Part shown: positions 38,142 to 46,747 of the stretch, in pieces
How positions within the stretch are numbered: position 1 is the stretch's first letter
Layout of the letters: every line of letters begins with the position of its first letter
IMG/VR virus record: IMGVR_UViG_3300009151_000044
Span: 30,009-94,008 of that record
DNA length: 64,000 nucleotides
Strand: one strand, 5' to 3'
Source of the DNA: a virus
Notes under the pieces: generated by a model
Databases searched by the model: none
What the model was told of the DNA's origin: nothing
What the model saw: only the letters and a program-made list of their open reading frames with translations
Translations under genes and position numbers: made by a program

Positions 38142-39098
38142 TTATTTCTTAGGTACACAATTGGGGACAGTTTTGCCGCCCTTTTTCTTCATGCCTACTT
38201 GCTTGTAATCTTTCCAGCAAGGATCGTTATCCTCGCCAATATTCTTATCTATGCCACGACTGGCAATGCCGCCACGCTTGCGTTTTGCCGCAAGTTCTTC
38301 TATGCCGTGGCGGATTTGTTCTATGTTTTGTTCAAGACCCATAAACATTCCGCCTTGGGCTTTTTTAACAATTTCTTCCCACGCTACCAGGCTATCACTA
38401 TCTGCTAGTTGTGCTAGTTCTTTCAACTGGGCACGGGCTGACATAATACGGCCTTTAAGGCTCATAGGATTAGCTTTTTCGTGACCGTATATAGTTGGAT
38501 CGTTTGGATCACCAGTCATGTCGATTGGAGTTTCTTGTAAATCGCCGATGCTTTGTTTGTAAGCAATAGCGGCATCAATCTCTTCTAGACTTAGTTTTGG
38601 AGCAAACCCTTTGTATGTTCCAGCTTTTAATCCTTGCAACACAGTCATTTTTAAATTAGATCCACGCGGACCTGTTGGAGCAGGGGCTGCCTCAGGGGCT
38701 GCCTCAGGGGCGATTGGTTGCCCAGTTAGTCGATTGATCCCCGGCGGAGTTTCTTGTCCAGGTACTACCCGCTCATTAAGTCTACTTTCTCTCATCATAA
38801 CACGATCAGCAATAGTTTGTGCGTACTGATTAATCAGTTGACGCTTGTGTGCTTGTGCTTCTACAGCTTCTTCATCAAGTTCTTGAAGATAGCCTTTCAG
38901 CAATGATTCTGTTCTAATTAGGGGAGGTGTTTCTTTAGGTGTAGCATAATGTTGCATTGCCATTTGTACAGGCAACGCAACTTTATGTGGATTAGCACCT
39001 TCAGTAACGACTGAAAGAAATTTCTTCATGTCGTTTGCGCCTTCTACAGGCTTTGTAGATACTCCATCCAACGCCTGTAGTATGCGCTTCATGTCCAT
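38142..39098 (-). CDS. Putative internal head protein
   Basis: Modular, with xxE linkers; C-terminal PCWKDYKQVGMKKKGGKTVPNCVP. Confidence 0.5.
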   Translation of the reverse strand: MDMKRILQALDGVSTKPVEGANDMKKFLSVVTEGANPHKVALPVQMAMQHYATPKETPPLIRTESLLKGYLQELDEEAVEAQAHKRQLINQYAQTIADRVMMRESRLNERVVPGQETPPGINRLTGQPIAPEAAPEAAPAPTGPRGSNLKMTVLQGLKAGTYKGFAPKLSLEEIDAAIAYKQSIGDLQETPIDMTGDPNDPTIYGHEKANPMSLKGRIMSARAQLKELAQLADSDSLVAWEEIVKKAQGGMFMGLEQNIEQIRHGIEELAAKRKRGGIASRGIDKNIGEDNDPCWKDYKQVGMKKKGGKTVPNCVPKK

Positions 39099-39102
39099 TG
39101 GA

Positions 39103-40497
39103 TTACCCCAATAGACGCTTTGTTAACGCACGTAATTGATCAACTTCGCTTGATTCTTTAACAATAACATTTTCGTTAAGATTTAAACGACCAGTTAGTT
39201 CACGCATACGAGCTAATTCAGAACTTTCTTTAACTGTTTCTTTCTTATCAGCAACTGCTTTCTTCATTGGCTCTTTTTTGTCACCATCTTTGTCCATGTC
39301 TAAGAAGTCAGGCTTTTTACCTTTCTTAGCTTCGGCAACTGCTTGAGCAACATATGATTCAGTTTTCTTTTCTTTCTTAGCAAAAGGATTAACACCTTTC
39401 TTTGGACCTGCTTTCTTATCAGCAACTGCTTTCTTCATTGGCTCTTTTTTGTCACCATCTTTGTCCATGTCTAAGAAGTCAGGCTTTTTACCTTTACCTT
39501 CGTAAACGCCTTGACCATAAGTTTCGTCAACTTCTTTTTCTTTCTTAGCATTAGGATCAACTTTCTTGCCATCTTTAACACGAGTTACTGTGCCTGGATT
39601 TTTCTTTTCGTAGTCTTTAGAATCTTTAGCGGCAGCTTTGTCAGCAGCCTTGTCAGCGGCTTTGTCAGCGGCTGAGCGTGACTTAGCTTGGCTCTTTGGT
39701 TCTGTATGTGGCTCGTCAGTGAAACGATTTGGATTGTGAGTATGGCGTGTTACCCCTTTTGATGGACGAGTAATTTCACCGCCTGTTGAAGATAATTCTT
39801 CTTCAACTTCTTTTGATGGAGTATATGTACCCTTAACTTCGCCTGTACCAAAATTTGTACTGCCACCTGGGTATTCTGCGGTTAACTCATCTAATTCTTG
39901 ATTGTCTGGAATACCATTATGATTCTTATCTAGACGCTTGTGTGCTGCATGAGTAGCTTTGGTTAAACGCTTATATTTTTCAACTTTCTTTTCAACATGA
40001 TCAGGAACAGGCATGCCCATAGTAAGTCTCTTACCAGTACCACCACATTCTGTACATTGCTCTTCTTTGCCGCCACCGATCATTCTAGTTTCTTCAACTT
40101 TAGATTTTTTAGCTTGTTTTACTTTAAGCTCTTTGATCTTTGCTTTAGCTTCCATTAACTTGTTCTTAAGAGCAACTTTTTGCCCTTCAGAAAGAACATC
40201 ACTGTTATCTAGCTTATGACCGTATTCGCTGAACTCCATCTCGTATTCAAGATAGTGATATACTGAAGCAATATAATCAGCGGCTTTAGTAATCTTAGCT
40301 TGTACCCAACCTTCTAGTTGAGCGTTGTCTTCTAGCTTTTTAAATAGCTTGAAACTGTAGTTAGCTAGTTTGTACAAATCAGCTTTGGCCATTGCGCCTT
40401 CTTCGTCTGTTTGTCCTGGCTCTAAGCCCACGACTTGCCCGCTCATTTCTGGTTGTGTTGGTTCCATTTCTGGGCTCATTTGATCTAATTCTGGCAT
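39103..40497 (-). CDS. Putative internal head protein with EF-hand-like repeats
   Basis: EGWVQAKITKAADYI domain, CTECGGTG, LDKNHNG and 2x PDFLDMDKDGD; duplicated C-terminal ESSExxxxRxLTxRL. Confidence 0.5.
   Translation of the reverse strand: MPELDQMSPEMEPTQPEMSGQVVGLEPGQTDEEGAMAKADLYKLANYSFKLFKKLEDNAQLEGWVQAKITKAADYIASVYHYLEYEMEFSEYGHKLDNSDVLSEGQKVALKNKLMEAKAKIKELKVKQAKKSKVEETRMIGGGKEEQCTECGGTGKRLTMGMPVPDHVEKKVEKYKRLTKATHAAHKRLDKNHNGIPDNQELDELTAEYPGGSTNFGTGEVKGTYTPSKEVEEELSSTGGEITRPSKGVTRHTHNPNRFTDEPHTEPKSQAKSRSAADKAADKAADKAAAKDSKDYEKKNPGTVTRVKDGKKVDPNAKKEKEVDETYGQGVYEGKGKKPDFLDMDKDGDKKEPMKKAVADKKAGPKKGVNPFAKKEKKTESYVAQAVAEAKKGKKPDFLDMDKDGDKKEPMKKAVADKKETVKESSELARMRELTGRLNLNENVIVKESSEVDQLRALTKRLLG
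39240..39495. repeat. Exact 85-nt direct repeat pair
   Basis: 39240-39324 equals 39411-39495 and encodes KGKKPDFLDMDKDGDKKEPMKKAVADKK. Confidence 0.9.
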
Positions 40498-40525
40498 GGT
40501 ATGTAACTCCGTTATCTTTATGTAT

Positions 40526-41170
40526 TTAGCGTCTTTTAACTACTGCGGCCTTCTTTGCCGGGCCACCAAATAGGCTGCTTCCTTTAATATCTAAACCGTT
40601 TTTAGCAGTTCCGTCTTTGTTTCTAGGTTGTACAACCTTAGGTTGCGGGGGTGCTTTTGTACCACTATGCCCAGGTCTACCGATATAACTCTTCTTTCCA
40701 CGTGCTTTTCCCGGACTAATATGTGGTGCATCCACGGTACCTATACTAGCAGAACTAGTTGCTCCGGCAGTTGCTGATTCGTTAGTCGGTGCCCACCATT
40801 TACCGGGTCCAAATTCTTTGTCAGCACTATCTTTTTGCATACTAAAACTACGACCGCTTGTACTGTATTTTGCCTTAGCCCACTTTCCACTTTTAGTTTT
40901 TTTAACTCCGTACATGGCAGCTGTGTCTTCTTGTCCAGGTTGTACACTGTAAAAGTAGTAACCTTTTAATACAGGCTTATCTTCCGGTGCTTGGTAACGT
41001 TGTTGTGGCTCTTTATCCCACCCTTCGTCATTTGCACCACCATCATCTTGATATGCTTGTGATTGATGCTTGCCCATGCCGCTTACGCTAGAACGATAGT
41101 CTCGATCATAAGCACTTGGACTGCCTGGTCGACGATAATGACCGTCGGTTAAAAGTTCACGTATTTTCAT
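40526..41170 (-). CDS. Putative internal head protein
   Basis: MKIRELL N-terminus; TNE|SATAGATSSASI motif. Confidence 0.5.
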   Translation of the reverse strand: MKIRELLTDGHYRRPGSPSAYDRDYRSSVSGMGKHQSQAYQDDGGANDEGWDKEPQQRYQAPEDKPVLKGYYFYSVQPGQEDTAAMYGVKKTKSGKWAKAKYSTSGRSFSMQKDSADKEFGPGKWWAPTNESATAGATSSASIGTVDAPHISPGKARGKKSYIGRPGHSGTKAPPQPKVVQPRNKDGTAKNGLDIKGSSLFGGPAKKAAVVKRR

Positions 41171-41565
41171 ATGCCGTATTGATTCCGTTTAGGGTTGGCA
41201 ACAGTACTTTTTGTATTTGTACCCTCAACTTCTTCACTATTTTTTGAAGTTAGTGTTTTGCCTTTCAATCCCATATTTTTTTTGCTTTTATTAATAATCT
41301 CTTCTTCAGCGTCAGTGTAAGCGAAAGTTGCCAATTGATTAGCAGTATGACTTTTTTGATCCATTGGGTGTAGATCGTCCGGACTACCGGCCATGTTTAC
41401 ACCAAATCTATACATATCGTAATACCAACCAGGTAGTTCTGGGTAAGTGGTCATATTTTTAATTGCTGACTTATGATGAGAATGAAGTTTGCCAGTTTTG
41501 CCCTTTCTCCCGCCGTTGCCGCCGGTATCTCCAGTATCTTCGTTAAACAGTTCTCTTAAATTCAT
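41167..41565 (-). CDS. Putative internal head protein, paralogous to the C-terminus of the 1120-aa protein
   Basis: MNLRELFNE start; YRFGVNMAGSPD..YT..E..NQYGI. Confidence 0.6.
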   Translation of the reverse strand: MNLRELFNEDTGDTGGNGGRKGKTGKLHSHHKSAIKNMTTYPELPGWYYDMYRFGVNMAGSPDDLHPMDQKSHTANQLATFAYTDAEEEIINKSKKNMGLKGKTLTSKNSEEVEGTNTKSTVANPKRNQYGI

Positions 41566-41852
41566 TTGACTGGTTTCTCCCCAGTCATGTAGGGCAAGCT
41601 GAACCATAGTTTAAACCACTCGGGAGTTCCGGGTTTAATATTATGCTTTTTCATTAACTCGCCTTTAGCATTACCAGTTACACTAATATTACTACCTTGA
41701 TTGGCACGATATTCGTGTAATCTTGCTTCACCGCCAAGACCGCCTAATCCCGCTAATGCTTTTAATTCGTGTATAGGATCATCGGGAGCAAGGTAGCAAT
41801 CTTCATTGCTATCCTGATTTAAATTTTCTGCGGTGATCCTATACTGTTTCAT
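41562..41852 (-). CDS. Hypothetical protein
   Basis: IKPGTPEWFKLWFS; likely start MKQYR. Confidence 0.55.
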   Translation of the reverse strand: MKQYRITAENLNQDSNEDCYLAPDDPIHELKALAGLGGLGGEARLHEYRANQGSNISVTGNAKGELMKKHNIKPGTPEWFKLWFSLPYMTGEKPVK

Positions 41853-42286
41853 TTTAAACTTGCTCTCAACATCCAACTGTGTTTCTTATGTGCGTCCTGT
41901 CGATCAGCTAAGAAATTACTTAGTCCGTGATCACCGTTTTGCTCAGCCATATCAAATGTAATACGAAATATATTAGCCATACGTTCGCTATCTTCTAACA
42001 GTTCACCTAGCATCTCACTCCATTCCGGTACAGAATTTTCATCTTTAACTTGTGTGAGCATACTAAATTTGCTATAGCTGGCAGGCGCATACACTTGTAA
42101 TGCTCGTAGTTCTTCAGCAAACTGATCAATAGCACTGTACACTTCGTCGTAAATTCTTTCGAATAACAAATGATGTTGATAAAATAAAGGACCTTCGGTA
42201 TTCCAGTGAAAGTTCTGTGCTTTTAAAGCAAACGCATATTCACTTGCGAATGCTGTTTTTAATGCTAAATGATATTTCTCGTCCAC
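41849..42286 (-). CDS. dps: Dps family ferritin-like protein
   Basis: KAQNFHWN..GPLF..HLLFE..Y..IDQFAE; HKKHSWMLRA. Confidence 0.9.
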   Translation of the reverse strand: MDEKYHLALKTAFASEYAFALKAQNFHWNTEGPLFYQHHLLFERIYDEVYSAIDQFAEELRALQVYAPASYSKFSMLTQVKDENSVPEWSEMLGELLEDSERMANIFRITFDMAEQNGDHGLSNFLADRQDAHKKHSWMLRASLK

Positions 42287-42287
42287 T

Positions 42288-45200
42288 TTAAACTCCGTAT
42301 TGATTCTTTTTACGTTTTGCCACTGAACTAGTCTTATTTACAGTTGGTAACTCTTGACTACGCTTTCCTGACCAGTTTTCAATCTTACCACCACCTACTA
42401 GTAAAGAAGCTTTCTTAACCATTTCAAGTTCTTCGGGTGTATATGTTGATAGTAGAGGATCTCCGCCTAACCATGTATCACCGGCCATCTTTGTAGGATA
42501 GTCAGGGGCGCCAGCAAGGGCAATACCCATCCTGTAGTTCAAATAAGACGATCCTGTACTTGAGTTTTGATCAGGCATTGTTATCATATTTTTCATTGAT
42601 GCTTTATATTCTTTATCTAAGGGTGTTGTTTTACCCTTCATTTTATTACCTTGACCGTTTTTAGCTTCATTAATAGCACGTTCCATTTCACGAACTTGCT
42701 CGGCTAGGCGGCGCTCTTTTAACTTGGCGGCAATCGGCGCCGGAATATCTTTGTCTATTTTATCTATTGATGGCATAGCTGGTTTTATCTCTTGTGGTGT
42801 ATTTACCGGTTCTGTAGATACAGGAAGTTCAGCTGGCTCTTCCGCCGCCGGTTTAATTCTCATAAACTTTCTAGCAGTATCCATGAGTTTTTTAATCCAC
42901 GGCACTCCTAATTTCTTAACATCAAATGCCTGAGTCCAAAATTTCAATGCTTTTTCGTCTGGTAATGATAATGCTTTTCGAGCTTGCGTAAAACTAATGC
43001 CAGTACCGCCTTTGTCCGGATCGCGTTCTGTTTGAATAGTTTCAAACGTGACATCGTTATGACTACCTGGATAGCGCGGATCCTTCATGCGCTTGGCTAG
43101 CACATCCATCCATTTTTTCATGCCGGCGTATCGATCTTCACCAACCATTAGTATAATATGATTATACGGACTATCTGGAGGTAATACTAATTCTTTTTCT
43201 AATTTCTTTATAGGACTTCCACCATCCTGCCATATTTGAAACATATCAGCACGTTCTGGATACAATTTTTGCCAAGTTGCTAATTTCATTTCTGGCGGAA
43301 TCGGATCATCTGGTCCCACTGTAGGGCTAATATAAACAAACGCATCTCCGTCTAATTCATCAGCTTTATCTAACACTAAGTTAACTAACTGCTCGTGACC
43401 TTTATGGCCTACAAAGCTACCTGCTGTTACTATTGCTGTCCTTGTGCGGGTAGCACCTCCGGCAGCTTTTCTTGCTTCTCTAGCCGCTGCAATAGCATCT
43501 TGTTTGTTAGAAACTACTTGGCGTTGTTCTGCGCTAGTAACTTTAATTGGCCCGAGGCGAGTATTAAGAACAATACCTTCGTAATCCTTGCCTAGCATGT
43601 CTTTACCAATAATATTAGGATCTGAAATAATTGCTTTCTCTAAAGCTACTGCTACTGGTTGAAGTGCAGCAGCCACTTGACGTTTGCGATCATTAATGCC
43701 TTTTTCTTTACTGGTCAACATAGTTTTAAGTTCTTCTATGTTTTCTAACGGAGGTACAATTCCAGTAACATCTAATGCGCCATTTTGTGTTAGCGCATTA
43801 TTAATAAACATCACACTGCCTTGCTGTCCCAGTTCAGTTAACGATTTAACAACTTGCCTAGAATTTTTAATGTCGTCTCCACTAGTGGCATCAGATATAT
43901 GAAACGGTACTAGTGCCAGTTCTACACCTTGCGGAAGTTTGTCATAATGAATACCAACAAATTTTAATTGGCCTTCTGGTGTTTCTGTCGCAAATGGTAG
44001 GAACAATACTTCGCAAGTGACTTGTTTGTTAACTAAAAATTCTGGACCTAACTTGTCATCTACAAGTTCAACAGCTTTCATCATTTCTTCAAACAACTTG
44101 TCAAACAACTGAGCACGACCGAGTATCTCTGGATCAGTAGTTCCTTTTTCTTGATGATACTTGGCAAAGTTTGCTTCGTATCTAGGCGGAGTGCGACTAG
44201 TGCCCATAAAAGGTTTGCCGTCGGCATTTTTACCAAACCGTCCACCAAAGCCGTCTACCTTGACGTTCAACGGAATGTTTTGTATTTTAAAGTTTCCATT
44301 ACCGTCGTGTATTTCGTCTAGCAAATCTAACAAGTCTGCTGGAGGTAAATTACGTAAGTGCGGCATACCTTTTCTAAGTTTGGCAGCAACTTCAGCTTCT
44401 GCTAAAGGTTGTTTTGCTGTATTTTTATTAAGAAAATCTTGTTCGTAATTTTTACTCATTTCTACAGCACGGTCACGAAGCTCGCCGACAGTTTCATTTG
44501 GCAACCCTATATTTTCTAGCATGTAGTCAACTGCGGCAAATTTAATTTTTCTATCTCGTGCTGGGTCATTCTTGGTAATCATTTGACTACCTTTTTCAAA
44601 CAAGATATCTAAGAAACGATTAACGACCTCAGTTTTTTGTGTGTCATCATAATTTTTAGCAAGTAGCCCAACAGTACCGACAAAACTGTCTTGTGCGTTG
44701 CGCTCTTGCTTAGATGGTTTGTGACCAAAGAATGCTTCAAAGTGCGAACCAATTGATTGATCGTAGTGTCTGTCTTTTGGCTCTAGCAACTGCATAACAG
44801 GAATGCCATCCTGTACCATTGCTTCACCAGTTGCCGGATCCATATAGGGAACATACTTACGACTTAGGCCACCACCTTGACCGCCAGACACTGCAAAGCT
44901 ATAGTCGGCATCGGTAACCGGTTCTGGACTAATCTTTGTACTTTTCTTAAGTACGCGAGCAACGTATTTGGTACTAGTTTGTGCATAAGGCATCGCACGA
45001 TTGAGGTACTTGTGAAAAACACCTTTAATATTTTGTTGGATGTCATCCCAGTGCGAGCTATGACTATAGGCATACCATTCGTCTGGTTGTTCAGTAGCCG
45101 GATCGTACTTGCCAAATTCAAAATCAATTTGTAATTTAACTGGTAACTTTTCTAAGTTAACTTCCCACATACTTGAGTATTGATTGTTGCCTGGTTTAAA

Positions 45201-45650
45201 TCCGACAAATGTCGCCGGGCCGATTTGTTTTCCGATTACACCTGTTAAAAATTCTTTGACGCTGGGATCTAGTTCAACAGGAGCTTGTGTGTCAATATCA
45301 CCGACTTTAGGTTTTAATTTTACAAATTGATCATCTGTAATCTTTTTATCAAAGAAATGAAAGCTACTTCCGCTGAGATAAGACCCACTAGCGAATGCAG
45401 CTTCCGGCCATATTGGTTTGCCATATTGTTGTGAAAATGCGTTATTGATATTGATCATCAAATCATTTAATACATTTAACACAGCAGTTCTGTTATGAAC
45501 TTCTAAGTCTAAATCTTCTGCTTGATGTACGCCTGGTGTACCTTGCCAGCCAGCTGAGATCTTACCAGCTTCATCGTGGCTGGCTAGATTGCCACCCTCA
45601 GACAGTATTAGAAGTTTTCTAGTATTAACGAATAGTTCACGTAATAACAT
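42288..45650 (-). CDS. Multidomain nucleotidyltransferase-like protein (polB-type NTase + KxDG ligase-like + HxGH transferase-like)
   Basis: GSS..GDID..QIDF; VKVDG..EGIV..IKV; GSFVGHKGH..VGEDR..ISFTQAR. Confidence 0.6.
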   Translation of the reverse strand: MLLRELFVNTRKLLILSEGGNLASHDEAGKISAGWQGTPGVHQAEDLDLEVHNRTAVLNVLNDLMININNAFSQQYGKPIWPEAAFASGSYLSGSSFHFFDKKITDDQFVKLKPKVGDIDTQAPVELDPSVKEFLTGVIGKQIGPATFVGFKPGNNQYSSMWEVNLEKLPVKLQIDFEFGKYDPATEQPDEWYAYSHSSHWDDIQQNIKGVFHKYLNRAMPYAQTSTKYVARVLKKSTKISPEPVTDADYSFAVSGGQGGGLSRKYVPYMDPATGEAMVQDGIPVMQLLEPKDRHYDQSIGSHFEAFFGHKPSKQERNAQDSFVGTVGLLAKNYDDTQKTEVVNRFLDILFEKGSQMITKNDPARDRKIKFAAVDYMLENIGLPNETVGELRDRAVEMSKNYEQDFLNKNTAKQPLAEAEVAAKLRKGMPHLRNLPPADLLDLLDEIHDGNGNFKIQNIPLNVKVDGFGGRFGKNADGKPFMGTSRTPPRYEANFAKYHQEKGTTDPEILGRAQLFDKLFEEMMKAVELVDDKLGPEFLVNKQVTCEVLFLPFATETPEGQLKFVGIHYDKLPQGVELALVPFHISDATSGDDIKNSRQVVKSLTELGQQGSVMFINNALTQNGALDVTGIVPPLENIEELKTMLTSKEKGINDRKRQVAAALQPVAVALEKAIISDPNIIGKDMLGKDYEGIVLNTRLGPIKVTSAEQRQVVSNKQDAIAAAREARKAAGGATRTRTAIVTAGSFVGHKGHEQLVNLVLDKADELDGDAFVYISPTVGPDDPIPPEMKLATWQKLYPERADMFQIWQDGGSPIKKLEKELVLPPDSPYNHIILMVGEDRYAGMKKWMDVLAKRMKDPRYPGSHNDVTFETIQTERDPDKGGTGISFTQARKALSLPDEKALKFWTQAFDVKKLGVPWIKKLMDTARKFMRIKPAAEEPAELPVSTEPVNTPQEIKPAMPSIDKIDKDIPAPIAAKLKERRLAEQVREMERAINEAKNGQGNKMKGKTTPLDKEYKASMKNMITMPDQNSSTGSSYLNYRMGIALAGAPDYPTKMAGDTWLGGDPLLSTYTPEELEMVKKASLLVGGGKIENWSGKRSQELPTVNKTSSVAKRKKNQYGV

Positions 45651-46024
45651 TAATAATCCTTATACTTCCCGTCACTGTGATGTTTTTTAAAATCTTCTAG
45701 CATTTTTTTACAAACTGCTTTACAAGTTTTATCTTCTAATGATTCTGGTAATTCTTTAATAGGATACTCTTCAACATACTGTTTATAGCATTCGTTAACT
45801 GCTGATTTAAACATCATCGGATCAATTTTTTCTTTTGCTTTAACGTGTTTAATACATTTAGTAATCAACGGGTAGACATGACGACGGTACATGTCATCAT
45901 CATGATTCATAAAAAATGTCAGGTCTTCAACAAGATCGAAGTCAATTTTAGTGCCGTCAAGATCTTTCTTGACAAACTCTAATTCTTTAACATCTTTGCC
46001 TTCTAATAGTTCATTAATGCGCAT
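45650..46024 (-). CDS. Putative internal head protein
   Basis: MRINELLEG start; GATAAATA element upstream (46070-46077). Confidence 0.5.
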   Translation of the reverse strand: MRINELLEGKDVKELEFVKKDLDGTKIDFDLVEDLTFFMNHDDDMYRRHVYPLITKCIKHVKAKEKIDPMMFKSAVNECYKQYVEEYPIKELPESLEDKTCKAVCKKMLEDFKKHHSDGKYKDY

Positions 46025-46114
46025 TTTTAGCCCGTTATGTTTAGTCGCAACAATACTTTGCGGATATACTATTTATCGCAAACGCCTTTTTAGAAAATAG
46101 CTTTGATTTGGCAG

Positions 46115-46747
46115 TTAGGCCTTAACAACCCGTTCTATTTTGTTAATAGAACCGCCTAAATGCATTTTTGTCATGAGTAATACGTTATCACCGGTTAGAT
46201 AAAAGTGTGTACCACCCCAACTGCGATCTTTTAGCAGATCTCTTTTACAACTCTTAGTTAGCTTTAACTTTGAAGTATTTTCGGCCCACTCAACAAATGC
46301 GCTGTGGTTTTGTATAGTCTTACCTAGGGTGATCCTAAATTCGTACGGAATTTTAGGCATTATTACAGTATCTTTAACTAGATTACTACCGTCAATCGGA
46401 ATGCTTATATACTTTACTTTATCTTTGTCGATCTTAATTAAACTATCAACATCTGATTTTAAATTTGTATATACTGAAATGTATGGAGATTCTACACGTA
46501 CTTCAATATTTTTTAATTTGTTAATCTGATGTTGTAGCTTAAATGCGTAATCTAATTGTTCTTGAGTCTTTGGTTGCGGTTGATACATTGACCGATATGT
46601 ATCTTTGCTAGTAAGAGTGGTCTTTTTCAACTGTTCTAGCGTTGACTCCATGTCTCCACTTCTAAATGCCGACGCTATCGAGCATACCAGAACTATTTTG
46701 TACTGGTATGTCCCTTTGAACAAACTTTTTGTTGTTTTAGTTAGCAT
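46115..46747 (-). CDS. Hypothetical protein
   Basis: 210-aa basic ORF coupled to clpA. Confidence 0.55.
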   Translation of the reverse strand: MLTKTTKSLFKGTYQYKIVLVCSIASAFRSGDMESTLEQLKKTTLTSKDTYRSMYQPQPKTQEQLDYAFKLQHQINKLKNIEVRVESPYISVYTNLKSDVDSLIKIDKDKVKYISIPIDGSNLVKDTVIMPKIPYEFRITLGKTIQNHSAFVEWAENTSKLKLTKSCKRDLLKDRSWGGTHFYLTGDNVLLMTKMHLGGSINKIERVVKA

